Assembly: GCF_006345805.1 (NCBI RefSeq)
Contig: NC_043005.1
Span: 3,224,001 to 3,288,000, forward strand
Source of the DNA: Octopus sinensis
Lineage: Eukaryota
Direction of reading: 5' to 3'
DNA: 64,000 bases
Part shown: piece by piece, positions 26,346-38,862 of the stretch
Position numbering within the stretch: position 1 is the first letter of the stretch
Layout: each line of letters starts with the position of its first letter
Notes under the pieces: model-generated
Database searches by the model: none
The model's input: the letters and a program-made list of their open reading frames with translations, nothing else
Told to the model about the DNA's origin: nothing
Made by a program: the position numbers and the translations under genes

Positions 26346-29300
26346 ACACCAGGAAAATGTAGATAGAAGCCACAAAACAATGCCCAATAATATAAACACT
26401 GAAACTGTAAAACACGAAGACAAACGCACATTCCCAACAAACACGATGTAAACAACGAAGGGGAGCCTAATGATTATGATATATAAAAAAATAATCAAAG
26501 AACTGAAAACCACAGAGCCCAAAATGGACCACCGACCATACCGCCCAAGAATAAAAATAAACGCAATAACAACACCAATTATAAACAACATAAACCTAGC
26601 CGTCACTGAACTAGCCACTGAAACAAAAAAAAGTGATATCACTGAACTAAATGACTTGATATACGCAGCAGCCACTGCAGCCACAAAAAGACTGGATACT
26701 CACCCAAACCCGCCCAACAGGAGTACCACCACCCAAACAAACCCTGTGGATAAATAACATCCAAAACAAAATTTAAAAAATAGAAAAGACATGTCGATTC
26801 TTAATGAAATCAGCAAACAAGCAACGCTACTGAGCAACAAAAAGAGAACAAAAATGCTCCGCAAATATAACATCACAGAAAAAGATTTGCCGGAGATAAA
26901 AGAAAAGCTGAAGCAAGATATCCTTGCCAAAGCTCAAAGGATCCGCCGGTACGAGAAACGCCAACGCTTCTTTGAACAGAACAAAAAGTTCAACTCCGAC
27001 CCCAAAAAGTTCTACCAAGAACTGGGAAAAAATAAAATAGAAGTCACTGCAGCACCAACGGCAGAAGAATTGGAAGAATTCTGGAGAGAAATATGGTCGG
27101 CGAACGAACAGCCAAAAAAAAGGAGTATGAAAATAACAAACTCGGCATCTGAACAACTTTGGACCCCCATAACAACTGAAGAGGTCACCCAGGCACTGCA
27201 AAAACTAAGCAACTGGAAGGCACCTGGGCATGACAAGATCCCCAACTTCTGGTTGAAATATCTAACAGGAATGCACAAAAAGCTGGCTGAAAACTTTAAC
27301 AGCATACTAGCAGAGCCAGAGACAATGCCTGAATGGCTCACGAAGGGGAAAACCATCTTAATTCCCAAATCAAATGAAACAACAAAACCAGAAAACTACA
27401 GACCAATAACCTGCCTCCCTACTATGTTCAATGCATTTACTGCAGTGATATCGCAAAGGCTGAACAAGCACCTGGACGAAAACAAACTGTTCCCAGAAGA
27501 GCAGAAAGGATGCCGCAAGGGCTCATATGGCTGTAAAGATCAACTAATGATTAATAAAGCCGTAACTGAAGACAGCCACAGAAAGAAGAAAGGCCTCAGT
27601 ATGGCCTGGATTGAACTACAAAAGGCGTTTGATAGCATCCCCCACGCATGGATCCTCGAAACACTAGCCATTAACAAAGTAGCACCAACAATCATAAAAT
27701 TCATAGAGCACTCTATGAATAAATGGCAAACAGTCCTACACCTCCAAACAAAAGAGGGACTCATGAAAACCAAAGACATCCCCATTAGAAGAGGAATATT
27801 CCAGGGAGACACGCTCTCTCCACTCCTTTTCTGCTTGGCACTGTCACCTCTATCTGATATGCTAAATAGAACTGGATGCGGATATAAATGTTACGGCAAA
27901 ACGATCAGCCACCTTTTATATATGGATGACCTAAAACTATATGCTGCAAATGACAAACAGCTGGAAACACTTACCAAAGAAATAGATATGAAATTTGGAT
28001 TAGAAAAATGCGCCAAAGTAACCATGAAAAGAGGAAAACTAGTTAAGAGTAACAACATCACACTAGATAAAACCAATGAAATAAAAGAATTAGACCAAAG
28101 CCAAACTTACAAATACTTAGGAATCCATGAACTAGATAAGACACAACACACACAAATGAAAGAGAAAATAAAAAAAATATTATAGACGAGTTAGATCAAT
28201 ACTAAAAACAGAGCTCAATGCTAAAAACAAGATAATAGGTATCAACACTTTAGCTGTCCCAGTTATAAGTTACAGCTACAATATCCTTAACTGGACACGA
28301 AATGAACTGTCCAAAATAGATAGGAAAACAAGAAAAACACTGACAGGATCTAGGATGCATCACCCAAAATCTGACATAGAAAGACTATATATACAACGTA
28401 TAGAAGGTGGCAGAGGCCTTATACAGCTGGAAAACTACTATAAAATAACCACCATAGGACTGCAAAAATACCTACTTCAGAAGGAAGGAAAACTGATCCA
28501 GATAGCAGCAAAACACGAGCAAAACAAAAACTGTCTCAGTATTTAAGGAAGCTGACAAATACAAACAAGAAATCATACCACCTAATAAACACAAAGAAGA
28601 AGAAGAAGATGATGAAGAAACAACAAAAGCTATAAAACAAATGAAATCCAAACTAAAAATAGAACAGCAACGAGCCATGATAAAACGATGGCAAGAAAAG
28701 CCCCTTCATGGTAAATACTGCACTAAACTAAACGCAAAAGAAATAGACAAAGAAAAATCCCAGCAATGGTTGAGAAGCTCAGGACTCAAAGCAGAAAGAG
28801 GATTTTTAATTGCAGCACACGACCAAAGCCTCCCCACCAGAAATTACCAAAAACATGTAATGAAAAGAAATATTACAAGTAACTGCAGAATATGTGGAGA
28901 TGGACAAGAAACAATAAATCATATTATCTCTAGCTGCCCAGTCCTGGCTAAGAAGGAATATATTCACAGACATGACAGAGTTGGAACCTACATACATTGG
29001 AAGCTATGCCAACATTATGGAATAACAACAGAAAAAAAATGGTATAGGCACACACCGATAAAGGTCACAGAAAACGAGAAAGCAACCATACTCTGGGATA
29101 TGCCGATACACACAGATAGAGAAATTAAGGCCAAGAGACCAGATATAGTTGTCAGAGATCATAAAGAAAAAAAATGCTCTCTAATTGATGTATCAATACC
29201 GGCAGATGACAACGTGTCTCTAAAAGAAATGGAGAAACTCTCAAAATACAAAGACCTGGAAATAGAGGTAACTAGAATGTGGAACCTGAAAACAGAAACA

Positions 29301-29547
29301 ATTCCTATCATAGTAGGTGCATTAGGCATGATAAAAAAATATTCAGACAAATACATAACAAAAACACCAGGACTTACAAACACATATAACATACAGAAAA
29401 TTGCACTACTAGGCACTGCACACATCCTACGCAGAACACTTTCCATACAATAACCATCAGAGCATCACAACAAATCACAGCACATACCCAAGGCACACAG
29501 AGCTGCGCTCGGTAGTGAAGTGAAAGCACGCTATAAAAATAAAACTA

Positions 29548-29550
<3 letters not shown>
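26346..29550 (+). mobile_element. Near full-length R4/Dong-like RLE non-LTR retrotransposon (RT, CCHC finger, RLE), frameshifted
   Basis: ORF pieces 26470-26757, 26791-28185, 28641-29453 with GIFQGDTLSPLLF, HLLYMDDLKL, CRICGDGQETINHIISSC, RPD/KLSKY motifs; (TAA)n on both sides. Confidence 0.95.
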
Positions 29551-29640
<90 letters not shown>

Positions 29641-29642
<2 letters not shown>

Positions 29643-29822
29643 CGTAAAATACCTTAGGAATGAGAACCCAGGTTCGAAATTTCTCTAAGACACTTGATGA
29701 AGGCTGGAGGGTATATCAGCCGAAACGTTATGTTAACAACAAACAAGATGAGGACAAATATCTGTCAAATATAAGTAATGTAAATAATGTACATAATTCC
29801 TCATTTCTTAAATATAGAACTG
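29641..29822 (+). mobile_element. Penelope-like pseudo-LTR remnant with hammerhead-like motif
   Basis: TTGATGA-A-GGCTG(10 nt)CAGCC-GAAAC-GTT at 29694-29729; stem I only partly paired. Confidence 0.55.
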
Positions 29823-30214
29823 GAGCGTGGTTGACATCTGCAACTTGACCTACGAACTTCAGGATCAGCCGATGCGTCCGACGTACTAGGAGAGACAATA
29901 GTATCTCACAGCAGAGAATCGACAGTAGTCAATGCCTCAAGTGATTCAGGAACTTTATCAGCCAATTTCAGCAAATTCACAAACTTCAGGAATTCCAGAA
30001 ATAACACAAACCTCAGCTGCTGTAACAATAAAAGTATAAGGAGGTAACTCTTCAACTGACAGCAGGTTGGAAGCTTCAGAAGTTGATCGAAATATCATTC
30101 TGAAATGCCTCCAAAATTCCTACTCTTACTTCAAAATGTACGGCTCCCAACTATCGGCTTCTACTGCCTTCCACCCAACCTTCATCAACTCCAAAATTCC
30201 ATATAAGAACACTC

Positions 30215-31890
30215 TTGTTGTATGAAAACTCGCAGTTTATTTTGCTGAGTATGATGGAAAGAGTCAGCAGACTATGGTGTCTACTGGTCATGCTTCAAGA
30301 ACCCTGCAAAGAATTTTTGCAGTTCCAAGCAATGCTGATTTTTGTAGGTGTTCTACCTTCACACATGGATCCATCTCAGCTTCTTCAGCCAATAACCTTG
30401 GACCCCATCCAGTTCCAGGCTCTTCTAATTTGGGAATTTTTTTAACTCCTATTTTATTATTTCTGCTGTTATCTTTATGTCTTCTTGGACTCCTATATTT
30501 CTTAACCTATCTTGGATTCCATGCAGCCACTCTGCCTCATCATTATGCTCTACAGGTTGGTCCCAGATCCCTCTCCAGAATGCCTTGCTTTCCTTTGCAT
30601 CTAGTACCATTGTTACATGTATTTGCCCATCATGTTCCTGAAACAATTTCTTGATTTGCTTCAAACTCTCTTTTTCCTCTTTTCATTTCTTCCCAGTTTT
30701 GCATTGATTTCTCCTACTCTTTGTTTCAATTCTTCCAATATCACATCATAACCTTTATCTCTTATTCCATATGTTCTTTCCAGCATTATTCTTACGCTTT
30801 CCTTCTACAATTTCCCCTCTTCTCAATCTATCAACTTGTCCTAAACGTCTTTTGAACTTTGCTTCTCACTAATTCGTCAACGCCAGAATGGTTCTTTACG
30901 TTGTTTGTTCTCTTCTTTTGTATCCAAATCTCTATGATGCAACAATAACTGCAACCCAAGTAATCTTGTTGGTTTCAGTTATATTTCTCGTCTGGAGCAG
31001 CCTAAGGACAGAATCTTTCTTTTCCGTTCCAACTTTGAGCTTACGTCGATCAATGTACCTTAGATTGAGGGGTCCTTGATCCTGGTCTTCTCTAATATAT
31101 CAGCACAGCATCCTCACTATATCTTGTCAGTCATCATCGTATCCTTGTGCTGGAGCTCTTCCTATTATTTCTGCTTCGTTTATTGAGAATGCATTTACAT
31201 TTACACTTTGTTCTATGTCTTCGCTACCCTTATTTATTTCTCTGTTCTCGCCGGGAACGTTATCCGTTGGTGAAGTATTATTTCTATTGTCTACTTTCCT
31301 TTTTATCTCCTCAATTTCTATATCCGTTAACCACCCTTTTGCTCTTATTTCTCTTGCCTGGTCGTCTAACCATTTCTCCTTTGTTTCGAAGAGTCTTATT
31401 TCATTCCATTTTGCTTTCACTCGTTGTCGGAATCCCCTCCGACTGGGTTCACTCCTGATCCAGCATTCTGTTATTGTTCGGTTTGTATCCTTATCCCGCC
31501 GTCTTCTCTGCCTCTGGCTTTCAGTAAAAGCAGTCTCTGGATGACGACCGGGCCTGCGCTGCTCAACCACACTCTTATTTCATACATTCGTTCTCTCACC
31601 ATTGATGTTTGCGTTTTGAGGTTAGCCACCAAGAGGTATTTTTATCGAGACACCATCTCTCGTAAGATAGTCAACCAAGACTGCAGAGCTCTTACTACCA
31701 CTAAGTTGGGCCTGTTCCCTTCGCATTTCTCTGTGTTGGGGACCATGATCATAATTCTCACTAGGAGATAGGTGAACGTCAGTTGGTCCCGTATATTCAT
31801 CCAAATATTGCTCCGAAGTTAAGTCCCGACTCGCGGTTCATTCGTCTTCATCTCAGGCATGGAGCCGTTGAACACTGACTGGTTTTCGCC
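30215..31890 (-). mobile_element. Internally deleted R4-like element (5' portion joined to RLE C-terminus)
   Basis: N-terminal ECWIRSEPSRRGFRQR..DQAREIRAKGWLTDIEIEEIKR, pre-RT DGVQGYWLKKL, then directly VEHLQKSALLGTAKIL; junction near 30365. Confidence 0.8.
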
Positions 31891-31894
31891 ATTG

Positions 31895-32010
31895 TGACTA
31901 AGGAGTCCTATCTACCCCAGTTTTTAATCAGAGTGTTCCTTCTCCTAGACGGACTGCCAACTAAGGCTCACGAATTTCGTCTTACCGTTTTCGGAATGGC
32001 CATTGGCTCT
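31895..32010 (-). mobile_element. RTE-like 5'-UTR fragment
   Basis: Minus strand GGCAGTCCGTCTAGGAGAAGGAACACTCTGATT resembles the common RTE 5'-UTR motif. Confidence 0.45.
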
Positions 32011-32464
32011 TCTGAGTTTCTCTGTCTTTTGCCGGGTTTTGCTTTGATTGCTCCTACTCTTTGTTTCAATTCTTCCAATATCACATCATAACCTTTATCT
32101 CTTATTCCATATGTTCTTTCCAGCATTATTCCTCACCAAGAAAGCTTAATGGGGTTGGCGGCTTAGTCGCCGACGACCCGACGGTTTCACAACGCCACAT
32201 GTTAATCATTCTGGGTAATTATCAATCTGGGTAATTATTTCACAATTATAATTTCACTATTACTACTATAATCCCAATCTTATTATTTCCTAGTCCAATA
32301 CAATAGTTTCACAATTATTACTATAATTATATTATTACTGTAAGGCGGAAAGGTACTTATATTGTCTCCCCTGATTTCTTTAAACAACAAATAATGGCAG
32401 ATTTATGGCTGTTGGATTAGCTACTGCTGATACTGCGGCGGTAAATAAAGAAGCGGGCTTGTTA

Positions 32465-32590
32465 TTATTCACAGTACTGGGCTTACAAAAGAATAAGTCC
32501 CGGGATCGAGTTGCTCGATTAAAGGCGGTGCTCCAGCATGGCCGCAGTCAAATGACTGAAGCAAGTAAAAGAGTAAAGAGTAAAGAAAAT
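32465..32590 (+). mobile_element. SINE family B 3' tail
   Basis: AAGAATAAGTCC...AAAGGCGGTGCTCCAGCATGGCCGCAGTC as at 58470-58540. Confidence 0.8.
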
Positions 32591-32709
32591 AAAGGGGAAA
32601 AGGGAAAGAATATTCACAGCGACTCTGCTCTTCTCAGTACGTGTGGCCAGTTACCAGTTAAGGCAATCTTTTGCACTTCCGGCATGGATGGTAAGCAAGG
32701 AATCATTCT

Positions 32710-33870
32710 TAAATAATTTTCAGTTCCTTTTTGAACATTCCAAGTGATCCTACAACCACTGGTATTGTAACTGCTTTGAGATTTCACATATTTTCGATTT
32801 CGATTAGCAGATCTTTATATTTTCTGAGCTTATCAAATTTTTTTGCCTTGATATTATGATCTCAGAGTCTACTCATGTCAATCAATAAACATACTTTATT
32901 GTTTTGGTCTTTCACAACAATATCTGGTTTATTTGCTTTGATGGTCAGGTCTGTACACACTGGAAAGTCCCAAAGAATAGTTACATTTTCCCCCTCAGGG
33001 TGGTGCTGGTACCATTTGTCAGCAGTTTTGATTTTGTAATGCCGACACATTATCCAACTCTGTCATGTCTTGATTTGTACTCTACAGGTGCTAAAACCTT
33101 ACACCCAAAGATTAAGCGGTCCACTGTTTCAATCTCCTTCTTGCAGTATCGGCACTTTGGGTCTACACCATTTTTCATCACATTGGCTGTGATCTTGAGC
33201 AACCAAGATAAAGCCTTCACTCTCTGCCTTTAGCTCTGAGCTCCATAACCACTGGTGGTGTGCTTCTGGTCTACACCAACTTGTTCGCTACGGGTCACAT
33301 ATTTGCCATGCAGAGACTTTTGTTCCCACTTATCGGCCAATTGTTCAAACGCATTTTGCTCTGCTACTGATATCACTTTTTTTGCAACTGCACTTGCTGC
33401 ACTTCCCTCATGCTGTTCAACCTGGCTGTTATGCATGAACTCACTAGCAACTCCTTCGTAACAGAATGAAGCTTCTTACGTCTCTCAAGTTTTAACATCC
33501 AGTCATTGATTGTTTCATGATAATTTGCCAGTCCAATTGTGGTGGTTTTGTAAGAGATTTCAAAATTGATCAAGCCTCGATCTCCATGAGTTCTGGGCAG
33601 GTAAAGACGATCTGCATCTGCCGTTGGTTATTGCATCTTATTGCAAGTCAGCAGCTCGCGGATTTTCCTGTCAATCTTCCTTATTTCGCTCATTTTCCAG
33701 TTCAACGCAATGAAACTGTAAATAACAACGGGAATTGCGAAGGAATTTAAAGCTAATACCTTGTTGCGTGCGTTTAACTCGGATTTTAGGACTAGAGTCA
33801 ATTATCTGACACTTTCTATTCTCTTTATCTACTATTAAATCAGGTCTTCTAACTTCTATTAATCTGTCAG
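32710..33870 (-). mobile_element. Degenerate R4-like element fragment (post-RT to RLE)
   Basis: Peptides CRHYKIKTADKWYQHHPE..TILWDFPVCTDLTIKANKPDIVV and KWEQKSLHGKY; 5' end abuts (TTA)(TTG)n. Confidence 0.85.
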
Positions 33871-33888
33871 TCTGAATTTATCATTATT

Positions 33889-33932
<44 letters not shown>

Positions 33933-34010
33933 CGTTGTTTTTGTTGCTGTTGTTGCTGCTGCTGCTGTTGTTGTTGTTATTATCATCATCATCATCATTA
34001 TTATTATCAT

Positions 34011-34630
34011 TGCCTTTGCACAGCTTCTAACGCTGGAGATGTACTGCGGTGTCAGCTGTTCACTACCAGTGAACTAAGGTAACACCTCTTATTTTTCGAG
34101 CACCTTCCGGAGTATTCGAAGAGTTCCAAGCTGTGCTTTTTTCTGCAAGTGCTCCACCCTTATTGCACCCCTATTTGTTCAACGTACTTCTCGAGGTTTT
34201 TGCTCACTGTTCCAGGGCTCCGACAATTACTGGTACTACTACCACCTTTTTTATCGACCAAAACTGCTTAACTTCCCAAGCTAACCTGTCATATCTCTCG
34301 ACTTTTCTTTCTTCCCTATCGCATACCTTGTTGTCAGCTGGGCATGCTATATCTATGATCCAGCATAGTTTGTTTTCTTTCTCAATTAAGTCTATATCCG
34401 GCTTCCTAATCTCTATCTTATGGTCGTACTGAATCATAAAACCCCATAGGATATTTGCATTTCTATTTTCGACGATGCCTTCAGGTTTGTGGTCGCACCA
34501 ATTTTTTGCTTTGTCAAGTCCATACTTGTTGCAAAATGTCCAATGGAGAAGCCTGGCTATATTGTCGTGGCGTCTCTTATATTCCTTCTGGGCTAGTGGC
34601 CTACATTGGCTGGTAATATGCCATACTGTT
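34011..34630 (-). mobile_element. 3' fragment of another R4-like subfamily
   Basis: ORF 34204-34647 ETVWHITSQCRPLAQKEYKRRHDNIARLLHW..KPDIDLIEK..IIDIACP; 3' end followed by (TAA)/(GAT) repeats. Confidence 0.88.
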
Positions 34631-34845
34631 TCACCGTTTTGACCCACGAGAAGACCAGAGTTCGTGTGTCGCCATCTGACGGAGGAATGGAATGCTTTCA
34701 GATACTAGCTGGAGTACTACAAGGAGATACGCATGCGCCTTACCTGTTTACAATTGTACTGGATTATTCAATATGGCAGGCTACGGACGTCAGAGACGAA
34801 GATCTTAGTCTTACCATTGACCGGCAAAGATCGTGGAAGGGCATC
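34630..34845 (+). mobile_element. RTE-clade RT internal fragment
   Basis: Peptide FQILAGVLQGDTHAPYLFTIVLDY. Confidence 0.75.
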
Positions 34846-35408
34846 AGTAGTAACCATCATTGACTCCAAATAATATTTGTTTAAGTAAAGTCAACACATT
34901 TGTGTGTTTAAATGTGTCTTAATATGTGTCTTCCAGGCTGTAATTGTTTTAGTTTCAACACAGCCTCAGATCAAACCATTTGTTAGGCAAGAACACCCCA
35001 CAAAATTATTGTAATTAGTTTTAAATCATTTTACAAATTATAATCACTAATATAACAAAAAGTTACTGCGTTAATTCATTTAATTCAGATTCAATAGAAA
35101 TCAAAAACCAAATTAGGATTATTTTCACATTTTAGAGATTAATTTTCTTAATCGTTCATATACGCTACAGGCTAGGAGCAAAAGGGTTAAGCTCTGGTTA
35201 ATATATAATTATGTAAACTATTGAATGGTTTCTGGCAAAATGACGTGTTTTATTTCGGAAATTCTGCTTCATAAGATTTCAGTTTGAAATGTGTCGAACG
35301 ATAGCAACCAACAAATGATGCTAATTCTTCTCTTTCCACCCAAAACGTATTAATTCTATGTGGTTTGTTTTTATCGTCTGCCGAAACACACCGTACTCCA
35401 TACACACA

Positions 35409-35439
<31 letters not shown>

Positions 35440-35748
35440 CGCAATTACAACTTCGACTGACACAGTCGTTTCTCGTGCATTTGTTTCAGCTTCGTTTCCT
35501 CAAACAACATCAGCACAATCAGCCGACGACGACCAACGGAATTCGGTTGAAAAATGCTTCTATTTTCCCAAATCAACCGAAGAATTTTAATTTTCCCGAG
35601 CGTTCATTTGGCAACCAGAAACGTTCTTTTCAATCAATTCGAGTCACTGCTTTTGATTGCAATCATTATTACAAAACCGAGAATCGTGCATTTATTATCA
35701 TCATCATCATCATCATCATCATCATCGTCATCATCATCGTCGTCGTCG

Positions 35749-35786
<38 letters not shown>

Positions 35787-35909
35787 GTCGTCGTCGTCGT
35801 CGTCTCGTCGTCGTCATCATCATCGTCATCATCATCGTCGTCGTCATCATCATCATCATCATCATCATTATCATCATCATCATCATCATTATTAATACTA
35901 TTATTATTA

Positions 35910-36096
35910 TTGTTATTATTTGTGCGAAGTATAATGAAGACTCAAAGCTACAGAATGTTAGAGGTTATAGAAAACGTGGGGAGTTTTTTTCTCATTTTTT
36001 AACAGAATTGTTTTGGGATTGAAAACGTCCTCGCCTTGGGAAGAACATCGATTTCCTAAATATCCCCCACGCTGTTGTGAAACTGGAGACGCCGAT
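35910..36096. repeat. Unclassified 187-bp dispersed repeat, copy 1
   Basis: Matches 40610-40796 with about 6 substitutions, offset exactly 4700. Confidence 0.9.
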
Positions 36097-36179
36097 CACT
36101 GAGTATAAACACGTTTGGGAATTGGCGCCTTAAACTACAAAAACAAAATTTTAAGTGCAAAATATAAATTATTATAGAT

Positions 36180-36719
36180 GCAGGAGTGGCTGTGTGGTAA
36201 GTAGCTTGCTTACCAGCCACATGGTTCTGGGTTCATTCCCACTGCGTGGCACCTTGTGCAAGTGCCTTCTACTATAGCCTCGTGCCGACCAAAGCATTGA
36301 GTGGATTTGGTAGACGGAAACTGAAAGAAGCCCGTCGTGTATACATAGGTGTGTGCCCACTGTTTGGGGCAGCGAACTCGCAGTCGTAGGATCGCGGTTT
36401 CGATTCTCAGATCGGGCGTTGTTAATGTTTACTAAGCGAAAACATCTAAAGCTCCATGAGACTCCGGCAGGGAGGGGGTGGCAAACCCTGTTGTACTCCT
36501 TCACCACAACTTTCTTTCACTCTTTCTTCCTGTTTCTGTTGTACCTGTATTTCAAAGGGGCCAGCCTTGTCACACTCTGTGTCACGCTGAATGTCCCCCG
36601 AAAACTACGTTAACGGTACACGTGTCTGTGGAGTGCTCAGCCACTTGCACGTTAATTTCACGAGCAGGCTGTTCCATTGATCGGATCAACTGGAACCCTC
36701 GTCGCCGTAACCGACGGCG

Positions 36720-36722
<3 letters not shown>
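36180..36722 (+). mobile_element. SINE family B head followed by SINE family D
   Basis: 36180-36340 family B head/core; 36362-36722 matches 15770-16130. Confidence 0.85.
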
Positions 36723-36761
<39 letters not shown>

Positions 36762-36763
36762 TA

Positions 36764-36853
<90 letters not shown>

Positions 36854-36876
36854 ATATATATATATATATGTGTATA

Positions 36877-36941
<65 letters not shown>

Positions 36942-36943
<2 letters not shown>

Positions 36944-37140
36944 CCGCGTGTGTACCGTTGGCGATTTTTTTCCTCTGTCTTCTCTTCTCTGGATCTTTCC
37001 TTCTCCTATGTTTCCGACGAAGAGCTCCGCTCAAAACGTTAAACCCTCCTTCTTTCCTGAGCGTCTAATAATACTATATTTGTTCCACGTCCTCGCGTTG
37101 TTGTGTTTTTTTGTGCTTTCTTGTTTGGATTAACTTTATA
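36942..37140 (+). mobile_element. Solo Penelope-like pseudo-LTR with hammerhead-like motif
   Basis: Related to 61860-62110; GTTT-CCGACGA-A-GAGC(TCC)GCTC-AAAAC-GTT-AAAC at 37010-37044; ends at (TA)n. Confidence 0.65.
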
Positions 37141-37159
37141 TATATATATATATATATTT

Positions 37160-37607
37160 CTCTAGTTTCAGCTCAGAGCTGTTGTCATGCTGATGCACCG
37201 CCGTGCATATATATATATATTATATATATATATATACTCTTTCACTCTTTTACTTGTTTCAATCATTTGGCTATGGCCATGCTGGAGCACCGCCTTTAAT
37301 CAAAGAAATCGACCCCGGGACTTATTCTTTTTTAAGCCTAGTACTTATTCTATCGGTCTCTTTTGCCGAACCGCTAGGTTACAGGGACGTAAACACACTA
37401 GCATCGGTTGTCAAGCGATGTTTGGAGACAAACACAGACATATATACGACGGGCTTCTTTCACTTTCTGTCTACCAAATCCACTCACAAGGCTTTGGTCG
37501 GCCTGAGGCAATAGTAGAAGACACTTGCCCAAGGTGCTACGCAGTGGGGCTGAACCCGGAACCATACGGTTGGTAAGCAAGCTACTTACCACACGGACAT
37601 TCCTGCG
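37160..37607 (-). mobile_element. SINE family B
   Basis: Same head/core/tail as 6325-6805; further degenerate minus copies at about 38680-38855 and 47250-47362. Confidence 0.88.
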
Positions 37608-38862
37608 CAGAGATACCCAGCGTTGTCCGGTTACATTCAATTGAAGAATTAGACTTTCTGTTATATTTTCTGAATGAACTGGAATACATATGTTTCGAAT
37701 TTCATCAAAATTGCAGATGAGGGTTATTTCCCTCTTTACACACCCTAAAAAAATTGTAATCGTGCCACATGGAAACCAAATGCCGAATGATCACAATAAG
37801 CAGTCAGTTACCCTATCCTAGTCGTTACCACTCCCAATGTAGGATTCCTTACCATCCAGGTAACAGGCACAGCCGTAAGATGCATTACGAATCTATAGCA
37901 ATTGGAAGGGCGTGACCCAGCTGAATAGACATTAACAACTGTGTGACGTTAGGGCTAAGGAGAAATGAAAGTGTCACCTCTGGAGGGTGACTATGTGTGA
38001 CCGAGTGATAATAAAAAGACTGAAAGGAGGTCTGCAATCAAATAACTTTACTCAACACTTTGCAACTGAATCAGTGGAGGCAAAGATGCCTCTCATTTAC
38101 TTAACAATTTATGCACCACATTTCAGAAATCACAATGGAAGTGTATGTCAAAGCAAACTGTTACACTGTTGAACCATTGAATTAGAAATAATACTCAACT
38201 TTTATGCTCGGGTAACCCTACAGCTTCCAAGAGTACAACTATTCGTCTTTGCTTAGATAAAATGACAAAATTGTGGGTGTTTAGTCCCCATGAAGGGGTC
38301 TTTCTAACTTGTAAAAAGATGAAATTTTATAAATATTACTTCATTTGTGTCTAATATCTATGGTTAAAATTTCCTCAACAGCAAAGATATATGAATTGTC
38401 ATGGGGGTTATGGCCCTTATGCATAGAATATAATTTCCAAATTTCATAAAGATCCATTCAGTACTTTTGACCTAGTTTTCGATCAAAAAAGAAATGACTA
38501 AAATTTGGGAGTTAAGGCTCCCATTAGGGGGTTATATATATATAGATATAGATACACACACACACACACACACGCACACACACACACACACACACACAAA
38601 GATAAATTGATAGATACAACTGAGTGGGCAAACAAAAATATGAGACACAGCCTAGTGCTTTTTTATGTTGATAAGCCTAGTATTTATTCTATTAGTTTGT
38701 TCTTGTGAAACCAGTAAGTTTTGTGGATGTAAATAAATGAACAGCAGTTGTGAAGCAGTGATGAGGGCGAAACACAGACACAAAGACACACATATACACT
38801 TACATATATACATATATATACGATTGATTTGTTTCAGTTCCTGTCTACGAAATCCATATATA

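Noticed and set aside
32150-32200. Second GGCGACTAA HDV-like motif on minus
   Set aside because: Too short upstream for P3/L3/P1 and no UCC-type loop.
34870-35190. piggyBac-like MITE ending AAAGGGTTAA (similar at about 57530-57720) and HINE-like stretch at 38280-38535
   Set aside because: Only one terminus or vague motif similarity seen; not enough to call a family.
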